A stretch of 62,176 nt of DNA, filler included, from Nitrospinae bacterium RIFCSPLOWO2_12_FULL_45_22 (GCA_001803565.1; 4 parts of 4 records of this genome joined end to end with filler, not necessarily neighbours in it), one strand, 5' to 3'; shown: positions 30,954 to 40,510, counted from the first letter of the whole stretch. Notes: a model not told the origin generated them from the letters alone. A program made the numbers and translations.

Positions 30954-31271
30954 TCAGGGCAATTTGATCAGGTAGTTAGGTTCGGCATATTCTACCTCGG
31001 GTAATTGCTGATATTTATTTATCATGTCTTCGACAGATGTATCCTCTGAGATCTCAATCAGGTAGAGATTTTGTTTAGCAATATATCTTATTACTTTGCT
31101 CCCGAATTTATTATTAATTTTATCAACCTCTTCTTGAGAAATTAGGGGTTTAAATTTCACCAAGAGCTGATCAGGCTCATATTCGCCATTTTTTGCTGGC
31201 ACAATTGACCTATCAGTACAGACAATTACCGATAAGATAAGGCAGGTGGATATTATCGCCCTTAGCACCAT
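30954..31271 (-). CDS. Stand-alone subtilase prodomain-like protein (fervidolysin N-terminal / inhibitor I9-like)
   Basis: Signal peptide, YEPDQLLVKFK ... LPEVEYAEPNY; stop follows immediately, no catalytic domain. Confidence 0.7.
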   Translation of the reverse strand: MVLRAIISTCLILSVIVCTDRSIVPAKNGEYEPDQLLVKFKPLISQEEVDKINNKFGSKVIRYIAKQNLYLIEISEDTSVEDMINKYQQLPEVEYAEPNYLIKLP

Positions 31272-31539
31272 AATGCCTCCACCTCAAACCGGAATACGTT
31301 GCTGCTCCTAGTTTGCTACTTACTTATGATAACCCCAGGATCAAAATTTATCCAGATAATCTTGGTAAGGATTTTATTTTTAGGGGATACTTAAGCATTT
31401 ATATGAAGAACTGATTCTGCCGATAAGATCAGAAATCTTCCCCCTATCCATTCCATTTGCATGAAATGGATTTATTCGGTTAGAAAAATTGTTATATTAT
31501 TACTTGTCTCTCGCTCATTTTATCAAATAATTGATAATT

Positions 31540-32740
31540 CCCTAAAATAGCGATTGCTTTTTAAGCAGAGTTATTTTGAATGTAACTCTCAGGTTCCCTT
31601 TTCCTCAGGACATATAATTTATATCAATTAACCTTAATTACTGCTTTGAAGACCTCCATCGCTATTAGCCGCCCTAAACAGGAGCTATTTTTAGACAAAC
31701 GTATCCTCTGTTACCCAGGGAATCCCAATGGTCATTAGTTAAATATCCCTGGCTATCCAGGTTTATATAGCGCAAAGATGTTCTCGCGAATCTCTCTGAA
31801 TAGAGTATAGCTCCCCCAGCCTCCAGCAATCTTAAGGATAACCCTTCTGCCATGCTTAACCACCCGGGCTGCGGTCTCAAACAGCCTCCAGCGAAAGGTT
31901 GCTACCGTATAATACATCCACTCTGGAGGGCAGCACAAGCGTTTAAAGCCAATCAAGACATTGTAGGCAATACTGGCCAAGCGATACCACACTGCATTGG
32001 CATAACGCCCAGAGGGCACCCGACCACAGGGCAGGGTCTCTAAACCAAAGCCGATCTTGGATTCTTTGATATAATTTTCTGCATTCCCTCGGCCATTGTG
32101 CCACTCCATAACCTCCTCTGGAGCCCATTTCTCCGCTAAATTGGTGGCTACGGCATGATGACGTTCCTTGGGTTTATCCCCCCATAAATTCAACTGTAGC
32201 TCTCTTTCTTTGATCACAATCAGGCGAAAGGCCTCCTTGGTATGCTCCAACCCCCTAAGCCCTTTTGCCCCCTTAGCAGGATCCCCCATCCGGCGCAACC
32301 AGTCCCCCGTGGCCGATACTGAAGGAACCTCATACCTCAAGAGCTTCTTTAATCCCTTATCCCTCTCTAATATCCGCAGATCCTCTATGCGCCTGCCACC
32401 TCCAGGATGCATCAGGATTATAGGTTCGCCATACCCTGCTCCTTGCCTGCCTCGTCCACTACCAGGCCGGGGAAGCTCTTGCTCTAAGTCCCGATGTAAC
32501 CCAAGCCCATGCATGTATTCTGCTATCAAGGCTAATCCCGCCCTGGGTGTTAATACCTCATCTGTCATCTCTAGCTTGAAAGGTAAAACAGTTTGTTGTA
32601 TCATATCTCTCAGTCCTCTTGGGTTTAAGGTTTGTGCTTTCACCTCGTGGGTGAATACTTTCAAGCATTATACTCTCTTGAAATCCTTATTCCAAGAGGG
32701 CTTTTCTGTTTTTTAGCCATTTTTAATCGCTATTTTAGGG
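31540..32740 (-). mobile_element. IS1380 family element, internally deleted
   Basis: Perfect 16-bp IR CCCTAAAATAGCGATT (31540-31555 / 32725-32740); TAATT direct repeat on both flanks. Confidence 0.85.
31753..32664 (-). pseudogene. IS1380 transposase with central in-frame deletion
   Basis: LTPRAGLAL N-terminus and HNGRGNAENYIKESKIGF, ANAVW, AYN, TFRWRLF C-terminus; the central DDE region appears missing (303 aa). Confidence 0.75.
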
Positions 32741-32814
32741 TAATTTATAAAATGGCTAACAAGATATAAAAGTTGTAAATAGATATTTGAAAATTAAGCG
32801 AGAGACAAGTAATT

Positions 32815-33342
32815 AGTATCCTGGAGGAAAATAATCTTCAACCTGAAGAAATTGCGAAGATAGAGGTATTCATTGATCCGCTGGTGACTTTGCCAGCCTG
32901 GGGGGTGAATGAGCTGCAAAGCCATGTAGATGCCCAGTTCTGTGCCCCATATCCCTTTGCGGCTGCCGCTTTCCGGCTGAAGAGCGGTGCTGAATGGCAA
33001 GCCCCGGCTACCCTCAATAATCCCCAAATAATGGAGTTTATGAAGAAGATTTCGGTAGAGGCACATCCAGAATATGGTAAGGCATTAGCTGAAGACCCCA
33101 GGAGCCCCTTGTCTAAAGTTGAGGTAATAGCCCGGGGCCGGAAGTACGTCGAGGAGCGGAATTGGAAAAAAGGGAATCCCTGGCCGGACAAGGCCCGGGT
33201 GAGTGATCAGGAGCTGGCAGCAAAGTTCTGTAATAATACCTCCCCTATATTACCAAAGGAAAAAATTGATCTAGCTATTGAACATCTGCTTAATCTGGAA
33301 AGATTAACCAATATAACAGAATTAATAACCCAACTTGTATGA
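32815..33342 (+). pseudogene. MmgE/PrpD family C-terminal half (5' truncated)
   Basis: I.....L.PEEIAKIEV, DAQFCAPY, KGNP, L.AKF motifs; the frame begins right at the MITE boundary. Confidence 0.7.
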
Positions 33343-33426
33343 CCGGTGTTTTAAACCCCAGATGGACAGAGAGGCACAAAAATCCGTTTCAATGCAAAAT
33401 CAGCAATTAGCATTTCAAAGCAGAAT

Positions 33427-33852
33427 ATGAAGGATGCCCGGAAATTCGGTGTAAATATACAAAAAGAAAAGGCATTACAGGAGAAGATGGAAGAGCTAGG
33501 TGTGCGGGAGCAAGACCTGGTAGAAAAATTTATTCGCTCGAGCGGTCCTGGCGGGCAAAAGACTAACAAAGTAGCTACTTGTGTCTACTTGAAGCATATC
33601 CCTAGCGGTATAGAAGTCAAAGTCCAACGAGAGCGCTCTCAGACCCTGAATCGGTTCCTGGCCAGACGCCTGATAGTAGAGAAGATAGAAAATGAGCTAT
33701 TGGGCAGACTAAGTGCCGAGCAACAACTCCGCGAGAAAATTCGCCGCCAAAAACGTAAACGCTCCAAGCGCGCCAAAGAAAAAATCCTTCAGCAGAAAAA
33801 ATTGCAATCCCATAAAAAACTCCTCCGTACCCCACCCGGCCCGGATGAATAG
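33427..33852 (+). CDS. Peptidyl-tRNA hydrolase / release factor-like protein (RF-1 domain, ArfB-like)
   Basis: FIRSSGPGGQKTNK (GGQ), ERSQTLNR, basic C-terminal tail. Confidence 0.8.
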   Translation: MKDARKFGVNIQKEKALQEKMEELGVREQDLVEKFIRSSGPGGQKTNKVATCVYLKHIPSGIEVKVQRERSQTLNRFLARRLIVEKIENELLGRLSAEQQLREKIRRQKRKRSKRAKEKILQQKKLQSHKKLLRTPPGPDE

Positions 33853-33908
33853 GTTGATAGCCCAGGGATTTCCATTTTTGACCCAGATAAGCACCGATTT
33901 ACCCACGG

Positions 33909-35897
33909 CTATTGCGCAGAATAGGTGACGTAACTGATACTAATATCCCCGACTATTTTAGGAGAACCCGCCTGAACAGAGCCTGGCTCTGCAAGGGCAG
34001 CAAAGGCATAATAGTTGCCAGAAGGGAAACCTGCTAAAGAGGCATTGAAAAGCCGGTAGCTATCATTTATCCCATCATTATTAGTGTCGGCATCGGACTC
34101 CTTTTCTGTAGGGAAGATGAAGCTAGGAGGCAGATTAAGATTACTCACGAGAGGTATAAAAGACCGGGGGCTCGAAGGATCAGCTTCTTTGAGATTAAGG
34201 GAAGGGCCAAGGAAGAAGATGCGCCCATCCGGCAGCCCTATTCCAATAAAGGCATCCACGGCTACAGTGGAACTCTTGCTAGGATTAATGACCCTTACTT
34301 GCAGCCCTAAAGTATCATCCTTAAGATAATTGCTCTTATCAGTTGATATATATACCGCAGCATTGGAAGCCGCATTGATAACCAGATTATCAGGCGAGCT
34401 AGATAGACTCCCGTCATTAACTATCAATTGAATAACATAAATTCCCTCTTTATCGGCAGTAAAGCTAGGGTTGACCACAGTATTATTAGAGAAAGAAGCA
34501 GTGCTGCCTGATGGCCTGGAGATAAAGGACCAACTGTAACTGAGCTTATCTCCATCAGGGTCGCTACTTTTGGAACCATCCAGAGTAACAGAAGAGCCGG
34601 TGGTTACTACCTGATCCGCTCCTGCGTTGGATGTGGGAGAGTTATTAGCGGACTGGGGGTTGTCCTCTCCAATGGCATATAGGTAGCCATCTTCTGAGCC
34701 AACATAGAGGATACCATTAGAATCTATAGCTGGCGCCGCTTCAGATATTTCTCCACCAGCGGTATATGACCACTTAACCGCACCATTAGTTGGGTTTATG
34801 GCGAATACTTTATGAGCCTCCACAGAACCGACATAGATGGTGCCATCCTTGCCGATTATGGGCCAGGTAGGTATACCTTTATCTGCCGTAGGTCCTAAGC
34901 CAGTTGCCAGATCAGCTTTCCATTTAACCGTTCCTGAAGTACCAATGCAATAAAAGATCCCTTGGGAATTACCTATGTAAATAGAACCATCCGGGCTTAG
35001 TGCTGGTCCAATAATACCTGCATCAACCGGAATGGGGGTGCTCTGCGGAGTCAATTTCCATTTCAAGGTAGGTGGGTTAGTACTAGGATTTAGGGCCAAT
35101 AAATCCGGTGATGCGGAAACATAAATGGTACCATCAGGACCAATAGCGGGTGTCCCTAATCTAAGGGCACTACTGCTACTGTACTTCCATTTCAGAGACC
35201 CATCGGATCCATTTATGGCATAAAGGTTTCGATCACCACCACAATGGGCATCACCATTTCCCAGATAGATGGTGTTATCGGGGCCTATACTGGCCGGATA
35301 AGATACGCATGCACCCGGGGTATAATCTCTGGTATTAAACTTCCACTTAAGCGTCCCGTCAGGATTCAAGGCATAAAGATAACCATCCCAGGAGCCTTGA
35401 TAGATAGTACCATCAGATCCAATAGTCGGTCCAAATAAAGTCATACCACCAGTTTTGTAAGTCCATTTCTCATTGCCACTAGTATCATAGGCTACCACGC
35501 CATTGTTGGCAGTAAAATAGATAGTACCGTCAGAAGAAACAACTGACCCCGCTACAGATTTCATATCAAGGCCCTTACTCCATTTTATATTGCCGTTAGG
35601 ATCCAGGGCATAGGCTGCAATTGATGCACCGATGTAGATAGTCCCATCGGCCCCCAAAGAAGGGCTGTGAACCATTTGTCCTTGAGATGAGGGTATAAGC
35701 TGAGTTTTCCATTTTAAGGTATTTTTCTGGGGCCCCAGGTATGGGCTGTAGCCTGTGTGGCGCGCACTACCATCAAACATAGGCCAGGGAGTTTGAGCGG
35801 GCTGAGAAAAAAGCCCTTGATAACCACTCGGCAAAAAGATTAAGCTTATCAAAAAGATTAGAATGAAAAATATTCTCTTTGTCATTATTAATACCAT
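33909..35897 (-). CDS. Secreted PQQ-like beta-propeller + PKD/REJ-like domain + C-terminal AEPGS domain
   Basis: Signal peptide, repeated DGTIY..S.DG.LYA.NP.G..KW, NAGADQ..LDGS.SSDPDGD.LSYSW, C-terminal FAALAEPGSVQAGS. Confidence 0.8.
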   Translation of the reverse strand: MVLIMTKRIFFILIFLISLIFLPSGYQGLFSQPAQTPWPMFDGSARHTGYSPYLGPQKNTLKWKTQLIPSSQGQMVHSPSLGADGTIYIGASIAAYALDPNGNIKWSKGLDMKSVAGSVVSSDGTIYFTANNGVVAYDTSGNEKWTYKTGGMTLFGPTIGSDGTIYQGSWDGYLYALNPDGTLKWKFNTRDYTPGACVSYPASIGPDNTIYLGNGDAHCGGDRNLYAINGSDGSLKWKYSSSSALRLGTPAIGPDGTIYVSASPDLLALNPSTNPPTLKWKLTPQSTPIPVDAGIIGPALSPDGSIYIGNSQGIFYCIGTSGTVKWKADLATGLGPTADKGIPTWPIIGKDGTIYVGSVEAHKVFAINPTNGAVKWSYTAGGEISEAAPAIDSNGILYVGSEDGYLYAIGEDNPQSANNSPTSNAGADQVVTTGSSVTLDGSKSSDPDGDKLSYSWSFISRPSGSTASFSNNTVVNPSFTADKEGIYVIQLIVNDGSLSSSPDNLVINAASNAAVYISTDKSNYLKDDTLGLQVRVINPSKSSTVAVDAFIGIGLPDGRIFFLGPSLNLKEADPSSPRSFIPLVSNLNLPPSFIFPTEKESDADTNNDGINDSYRLFNASLAGFPSGNYYAFAALAEPGSVQAGSPKIVGDISISYVTYSAQ

Positions 35898-35995
35898 GAC
35901 TCCTCCTTCCTCTCGCTAGGGAGAATGGCAATACCTATTAGTAGAACAGGGATTTTGTTTAAAAATTTATAGACAAAAGTCTTTTCCTGATATTA

Positions 35996-36107
35996 ACCAC
36001 AGAGACCACAGAGAGTAGGTACGAATTAATTCGTGACTACAAGCCTGCCTGGCTGGCAGACAGGTAAGTTATCTTAAATGCATTTTCCTCTGTGCCCTCT
36101 GTGGTTT
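35996..36107. repeat. Palindromic 9-mer repeat
   Basis: AACCACAGAGACCACAGAG / CTCTGTGCCCTCTGTGGTT with inner CCTGCC..GGCAG..AGG. Confidence 0.5.
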
Positions 36108-36340
36108 CCTAACCATTTTCTATTGATGCGGGAAAAATTAATGTCCATTAAGGGATTAAAAAAGGCTATAAACAAAACCCCTCTAGAAGTAGACTTATTT
36201 TTTTATTATATAAAACTTGAGGATTCATACCAACTAAAATTTGTGACTGCTTATATACACAAAAACGACGGGTAATCTTTCTTCAGGCCTTGTAGGCCAA
36301 CGGATGGCCCTGTTTATCAAGATTAGTTAGATGAAAGGAA

Positions 36341-36440
36341 NNNNNNNNNNNNNNNNNNNNNNNNNNNNNNNNNNNNNNNNNNNNTTAATTAATTAANNNN
36401 NNNNNNNNNNNNNNNNNNNNNNNNNNNNNNNNNNNNNNNN
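36341..36440. other. Artificial contig linker
   Basis: 44N-TTAATTAATTAA-44N. Confidence 0.95.
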
Positions 36441-36513
36441 TGACCAGATCACGGCTTGGCCGCGCTACGTAATAGCTGACTATAGATGTTTCGAGGTAGA
36501 CTTTCTGTTCCAT
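36441..36513 (-). CDS. PIN-domain (VapC-like) toxin, 5' end only; integron cassette
   Basis: AGGAG SD, then MEQKVYLETSIVSYYVARPSRDLV, cut by the linker; not in the ORF track. Confidence 0.75.
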
Positions 36514-36529
36514 AGCGTCTTATATCTCC

Positions 36530-36589
36530 TGCTAACGACTTTAATCAGGTGCGCTGCTTTTTGGCGTCACCTGAATTAATTTGTTAGGT
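36530..36589 (-). other. attC site
   Basis: Minus strand R'' ACCTAAC ... R' GTTAGCA; internal stem TTAATCAGGTG/CACCTGAATTAA. Confidence 0.85.
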
Positions 36590-37023
36590 GCTTTTATCTG
36601 TCCACCAAAAGTAATATTAAAAGAAAAATATTTACCGAATAAAAATAATAATGAAGCAATTAATCCTAATATCATTAAAAAAATCAGAAAAGGAACTAAT
36701 GGATTCACACTACTTTTTATTCCTGTAACCATGTTTTTTAGCGTTAATAAATCTCCCTCCTTTATATTTCCTACTGAATCTACTTTTACTTTATTTTTCC
36801 AATCAGTAATTGCGCTTCCTTCCTCTTGCCCAAATAAATCTTTGCTTAGAATTCCTTTGATTCTTACTTCCCAAGCTTGATGAGGATTATTGGCAAACTC
36901 TTTTTCATCAATTTGTTTTTTTATTTCCTTCTCAATGCTTCTTAATTGACAATATGCGATAAGCTTTTTAGCAAAAGGTTTGATTTCAAATAGTTCTATG
37001 CATTCTTGAAGTGATTTACACAT
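36541..37023 (-). CDS. Cassette hypothetical protein with one TM helix; reads through its attC
   Basis: AT-rich ORF between attC sites; C-terminus PNKLIQVTPKSSAPD is encoded by the attC. Confidence 0.6.
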   Translation of the reverse strand: MCKSLQECIELFEIKPFAKKLIAYCQLRSIEKEIKKQIDEKEFANNPHQAWEVRIKGILSKDLFGQEEGSAITDWKNKVKVDSVGNIKEGDLLTLKNMVTGIKSSVNPLVPFLIFLMILGLIASLLFLFGKYFSFNITFGGQIKAPNKLIQVTPKSSAPD

Positions 37024-37047
37024 TTTTGGGTTACTTTCTTAAATTTA

Positions 37048-37119
37048 ACCTAACGCTGGAGCTGAGACGCGGGAAACGCCCCAGCGTTTTCCCGTCGATT
37101 CTCCAGCGACTTGTTAGGC
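37048..37119 (-). other. attC site
   Basis: Minus strand GCCTAAC ... GTTAGGT; stem CGCTGGAG..CGGGAAACGC / GCGTTTTCCCG..CTCCAGCG. Confidence 0.9.
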
Positions 37120-37139
37120 CCTTGAACAGGTAATTGTAT

Positions 37140-38159
37140 TTATTTAGACAATGTCTTTGAAAGAGATCTTATTTGTTGGGCTTCATAACTTTCTGGATCA
37201 TTTTCCAGAATCCACCTATGATGCTGAATTGCCAGATCTTCCTCACCTAGCTTCAAATATGTTAAACCAAGATAAAATCTGGCCGTGGTCAGAGATTGAT
37301 CAAGGCTGACTGCTTCAACAAGGTGCTTTTTGGCTTCATTTAGTTCATTAAGATTGAATAATGCCACTCCTAGCGCCATTCTGAATTCCGCATATCCAGG
37401 ATCTAACTGGACAGCTTTACGAAGATCCTTTAGTGCCTTATTATAATCTTCTGAGCTAAGATAAAGAGAACCCCTGTCAAAATAAGTATGAGCATATTTG
37501 GGATCAATAGAGATAGCCCTCTTATATGTTTCCAAAGCTAAATTGATATCTCCTTTTGCAAAATAAAGATTTCCCAGTAAATCTATAGCGGACACATCGT
37601 TAGGACTTTTCTTTAGCGCCTCATTTAAGATGATTTCAGCTTTAACAAAATCCATCATTTCAAGGGATCTAAAGAATTGTGTTCTTAAATCCTCTTCTTG
37701 ATGAATATAGACGACATCTCCTTCTTTTGAAATTTTGTTGTAAGTGAAAGTTATATTCACATTTTTCCCGATCCAATGAACTTGATGGACAGGGTCGACT
37801 TTATCTGAAAATACGTAACCATAAGAATCATAGAGAAATTTGCGAATGATATCTGTATTATTATCATTCTTAAACATAATCATTGCACCAGAGAATTTAT
37901 TCCTTGTAAATATGTAGGCCTTCCTTGTAACATTTGCACCTCCAAATTTCATCGTATCGTATTTCCTAAGACAGACAATCTTATCTCCTTCTTTCTGGTA
38001 AAGAACCATATCTTTTAACTCATGAATGCTGGTCCCCCACTTAATGTCATTAAAGTTGTCAGGTTCATTATAATCCCCAACGTAGGAAAGAGCGTGTTGA
38101 GGGGACAATAGATAGCTCATCATAAATAATAGGACTATACGGCTGTAATATTTTGCCAT
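37140..38159 (-). CDS. Cassette: secreted protein with C-terminal TPR repeats
   Basis: Signal peptide, F.DIKWG N-domain, several TPRs (LGNLY...A...YKRAISIDP). Confidence 0.75.
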   Translation of the reverse strand: MAKYYSRIVLLFMMSYLLSPQHALSYVGDYNEPDNFNDIKWGTSIHELKDMVLYQKEGDKIVCLRKYDTMKFGGANVTRKAYIFTRNKFSGAMIMFKNDNNTDIIRKFLYDSYGYVFSDKVDPVHQVHWIGKNVNITFTYNKISKEGDVVYIHQEEDLRTQFFRSLEMMDFVKAEIILNEALKKSPNDVSAIDLLGNLYFAKGDINLALETYKRAISIDPKYAHTYFDRGSLYLSSEDYNKALKDLRKAVQLDPGYAEFRMALGVALFNLNELNEAKKHLVEAVSLDQSLTTARFYLGLTYLKLGEEDLAIQHHRWILENDPESYEAQQIRSLSKTLSK

Positions 38160-38235
38160 CTTGCGATCCTCACATGTCAGATGAAAATGTCTGGAAATTA
38201 AGAAAGGGAGTCACCATAATCTTTATTTTTTCTGG

Positions 38236-38293
38236 GCCTAACGTCAAGGCTCACCGGTTGCTCTCAGCAATCCGGTGGAGCCGCTTGTTAGCT
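38236..38293 (-). other. attC site
   Basis: Minus strand AGCTAAC ... GTTAGGC; stem GGCTCACCGGTTGCT / AGCAATCCGGTGGAGCC. Confidence 0.9.
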
Positions 38294-38815
38294 TTTGGGA
38301 GCATTCATTATATGAACAGACATAGTTTGTTTACCTTGGAGAAAATTGATAGTGCTTTTACGGATGACATATTGGTCATCTTCCCATTCACCATAACCAT
38401 GGGGGTAATATGATGAATTTTTTATGTGGGCTTTATCAAAAGGGTAACCGAGAGCCTTACCCATTACATGCAAGAGGTCAATCAATAGATCAGCTTTACG
38501 GGGTGCCCATGATTCAAGTGGGTAATTTTTGTCCTGAAGGTGAGCATGATAAAGTTTCCATGCCGAAAGGACATCCTGCTCAAGCGATGTCTTGGGAAGA
38601 AATTCAACATCAATCATGTTTAGACTCTCGACATGCTGAGGAGCCAGAGTGGATGAACGAGTAGACATGAGGTCTTTAAATATTCTTAATTTTCTTTCTC
38701 TGCCCCATCTTCTACGGTCTAAGTATTGAGCAATTTGGACTGATAGAATAGGGCCAAGAAGTATTGCAGAAATTGTGAGGATGTTGGTTAATGTCATAAT
38801 GTCCTCCTTATGCAT
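38288..38815 (-). CDS. Cassette: DUF6680-like protein
   Basis: AILLGPILSVQI, IFKDLMSTR, HVESLNMIDVEF, DLL..MGKALGY.F, YYP.G; stop codon lies in attC R''. Confidence 0.7.
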   Translation of the reverse strand: MHKEDIMTLTNILTISAILLGPILSVQIAQYLDRRRWGRERKLRIFKDLMSTRSSTLAPQHVESLNMIDVEFLPKTSLEQDVLSAWKLYHAHLQDKNYPLESWAPRKADLLIDLLHVMGKALGYPFDKAHIKNSSYYPHGYGEWEDDQYVIRKSTINFLQGKQTMSVHIMNAPKS

Positions 38816-38821
38816 TGTTAA

Positions 38822-38875
38822 AGCTAACGACCCGGCTGACTTGCCCGAAGGGTCAAGTCAAGCCGATGGTTAGGA
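38822..38875 (-). other. attC site (54 bp)
   Basis: Minus strand TCCTAAC ... GTTAGCT; stem CGGCTGACTTGCCC-GAA-GGGTCAAGTCAAGCCG. Confidence 0.85.
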
Positions 38876-39190
38876 GAATAAACATGTTTGAACCTTATGA
38901 CTATTCAAAGATTTTAGATTGTTTTCGCTTACTTTACCATAGAAAATTAAATCCTCCTTCTGAATATACGAGACAATGGATGGATGGTCTTTCGCACGAA
39001 GACATGAAAGAAGTCGCACGTATATATCATAACCTTGTACGGAATGAAGTAGAATTGCATTGTGTGAGGCGAATATTACTCCATCATGTTCTAAGAGAGA
39101 TTCGCTTGAAATTCCAAAAGGCTCTTTCAAAATACCTGAGATGTTTCTATCATGCTGAAGACTGCAAATCAAAACATATTCATTTTTCAT
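38870..39190 (-). CDS. Cassette hypothetical protein (an antiparallel ORF is also present)
   Basis: GGAGG SD, fills the cassette, stop codon in R''. Confidence 0.55.
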   Translation of the reverse strand: MKNEYVLICSLQHDRNISGILKEPFGISSESLLEHDGVIFASHNAILLHSVQGYDIYVRLLSCLRAKDHPSIVSYIQKEDLIFYGKVSENNLKSLNSHKVQTCLFS

Positions 39191-39197
39191 AATTTCC

Positions 39198-39298
39198 TCC
39201 TAACGCTAGAGCTCAGCGGCCCAAAAAGCGCTTACAGGGCTCCAAACAACCGAAAACTTGCGTGCGCTTTTGGGGTCCGCTGAAGTGACTCGTTAGCT
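39198..39298 (-). other. attC site (101 bp)
   Basis: Minus strand AGCTAAC ... GTTAGGA; stem TCAGCGGCCCAAAAAGCGC / GCGCTTTTGGGGTCCGCTGA. Confidence 0.88.
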
Positions 39299-39799
39299 TT
39301 ATTTGACAGGAATCATCTTTTCTATCAGATATTCTGGAACATCCTCCAAATGAACAATTTTAAGGGATTGCTCCTCCGGATTCAATGAAGATGTTTGGGA
39401 TGTAAGTGTTGCGCTCACATCTTCCTCGAGTTTCCACATAGCCCCGGTTGCAGGATCAACAATGAGCCATCCAATCAGGCCACCAAATAATAAGTTGCCA
39501 TAAATATACCAACCATCTACTTTTCGGCTAATAACTGCCGAATGACTATCATAACCAGATTTTTTGAATGTCACATTATAGTCTTTACCTTTAAAATATC
39601 CTCTTTTAGTCTTCAAAGTTACCACTGTTGGAGTTTTTCCTGTGAAAACATGGTTACCTACTTCATCAGTTATAGTGATATCAGCTCCATCTGGTGTACT
39701 GTTTATATTAACAGCATACATTGATTTACTGACAATGGATGCACATCCTGTCAAAATGGCAACCATTAGAACTACAAAATGGTAAATGATCTTTTTCAT
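39299..39799 (-). CDS. Cassette: lipoprotein with PEGA-like domain
   Basis: LTGCASI lipobox, INSTPDGA, GKTP, GNLLFGGLIGWLIVDPATGAMWKL. Confidence 0.75.
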   Translation of the reverse strand: MKKIIYHFVVLMVAILTGCASIVSKSMYAVNINSTPDGADITITDEVGNHVFTGKTPTVVTLKTKRGYFKGKDYNVTFKKSGYDSHSAVISRKVDGWYIYGNLLFGGLIGWLIVDPATGAMWKLEEDVSATLTSQTSSLNPEEQSLKIVHLEDVPEYLIEKMIPVK

Positions 39800-39945
39800 G
39801 GCGTTTCCTCCTTTTTGCATAGTTTATCTGTTTGGAATAAATTTAAATCTGTTAAAAAAATTAAACCTAACATCTCACCCCCTTTCAATTTTATAGTGCA
39901 TAATACCTCTCTCTTGGAACACACCATAGCCAAATTTATTATTTC

Positions 39946-40071
39946 CTATTTATTATCCTTCTTAATTGTTCTGCTAACTTTCCGAGTTGTTTTCCTTTTT
40001 CGCAGAAAGCATTCAATAAAAATGGAAGGGACGAAGCCAAATATTAAAGCAAGCCAAATAATTTTCTTCAT
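39946..40071 (-). CDS. Cassette small protein, 41 aa, hydrophobic then basic
   Basis: GGAGG SD just after R'; MKKIIWLALIFGFVPSIFIECFLRKRKTTRKVSRTIKKDNK. Confidence 0.45.
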   Translation of the reverse strand: MKKIIWLALIFGFVPSIFIECFLRKRKTTRKVSRTIKKDNK

Positions 40072-40081
40072 TTATCCTCCA

Positions 40082-40140
40082 TGCTAACGCTCCGGCTAAC
40101 CCCGCCGCTGTAAGCGGTCGGGTTGAGCCGGTGGTTAGGC
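40082..40140 (-). other. attC site
   Basis: Minus strand GCCTAAC ... GTTAGCA; stem CCGGCTAACCCCGCCGCT / AGCGGTCGGGTTGAGCCGG. Confidence 0.9.
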
Positions 40141-40410
40141 TTTTGGTTGTTCTAAAACATTACCAATACTATGCTCGAACTCTATTCTTGTAAATAAAAT
40201 ATCTTTTCTATCTACAAAGGAGAATATTATGCCTAGTAATTCTGATCTGTTGAAATTTGCGATAAGAATTGACGAAGTAGAAAGTATTTTGTGTGGGAAA
40301 GATTTTGAGAGAGAAGTAAACAAGGCTGATATTTTTGATTTTTTGACCCTGGTGTCATTAACTGCTAAAACAAATATCGGCAAATTGGGATCGCTCAAAT
40401 CAAAATCCAT
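40135..40410 (-). CDS. Cassette hypothetical protein
   Basis: AGGAG SD, stop codon in attC R''. Confidence 0.5.
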   Translation of the reverse strand: MDFDLSDPNLPIFVLAVNDTRVKKSKISALFTSLSKSFPHKILSTSSILIANFNRSELLGIIFSFVDRKDILFTRIEFEHSIGNVLEQPKA

Positions 40411-40510
40411 AACAATCTCCTTTTTGGATAGCTATATCCCTGTAGATGTCTGCGGTAGTACTCCAATGAAAACCGCTTCTCCCGAAGAAGTTGGATTGGT
40501 ACTACCTAAA

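Larger units (their letters stand above)
31499..32813. mobile_element. MITE (~110 bp when empty) interrupted by IS1380
   Basis: Perfect 17-bp IR ATTACTTGTCTCTCGCT (31499-31515) / AGCGAGAGACAAGTAAT (32797-32813). Confidence 0.65.

Noticed and set aside
32168-32716. 182-aa plus-strand ORF and the many other short antisense ORFs in the track
   Set aside because: They lie opposite well-supported genes and show no motifs or SD support
36240-36320. GC-rich stem region upstream of the beta-propeller gene as a riboswitch
   Set aside because: No riboswitch consensus recognised by eye; an Rfam scan would be needed
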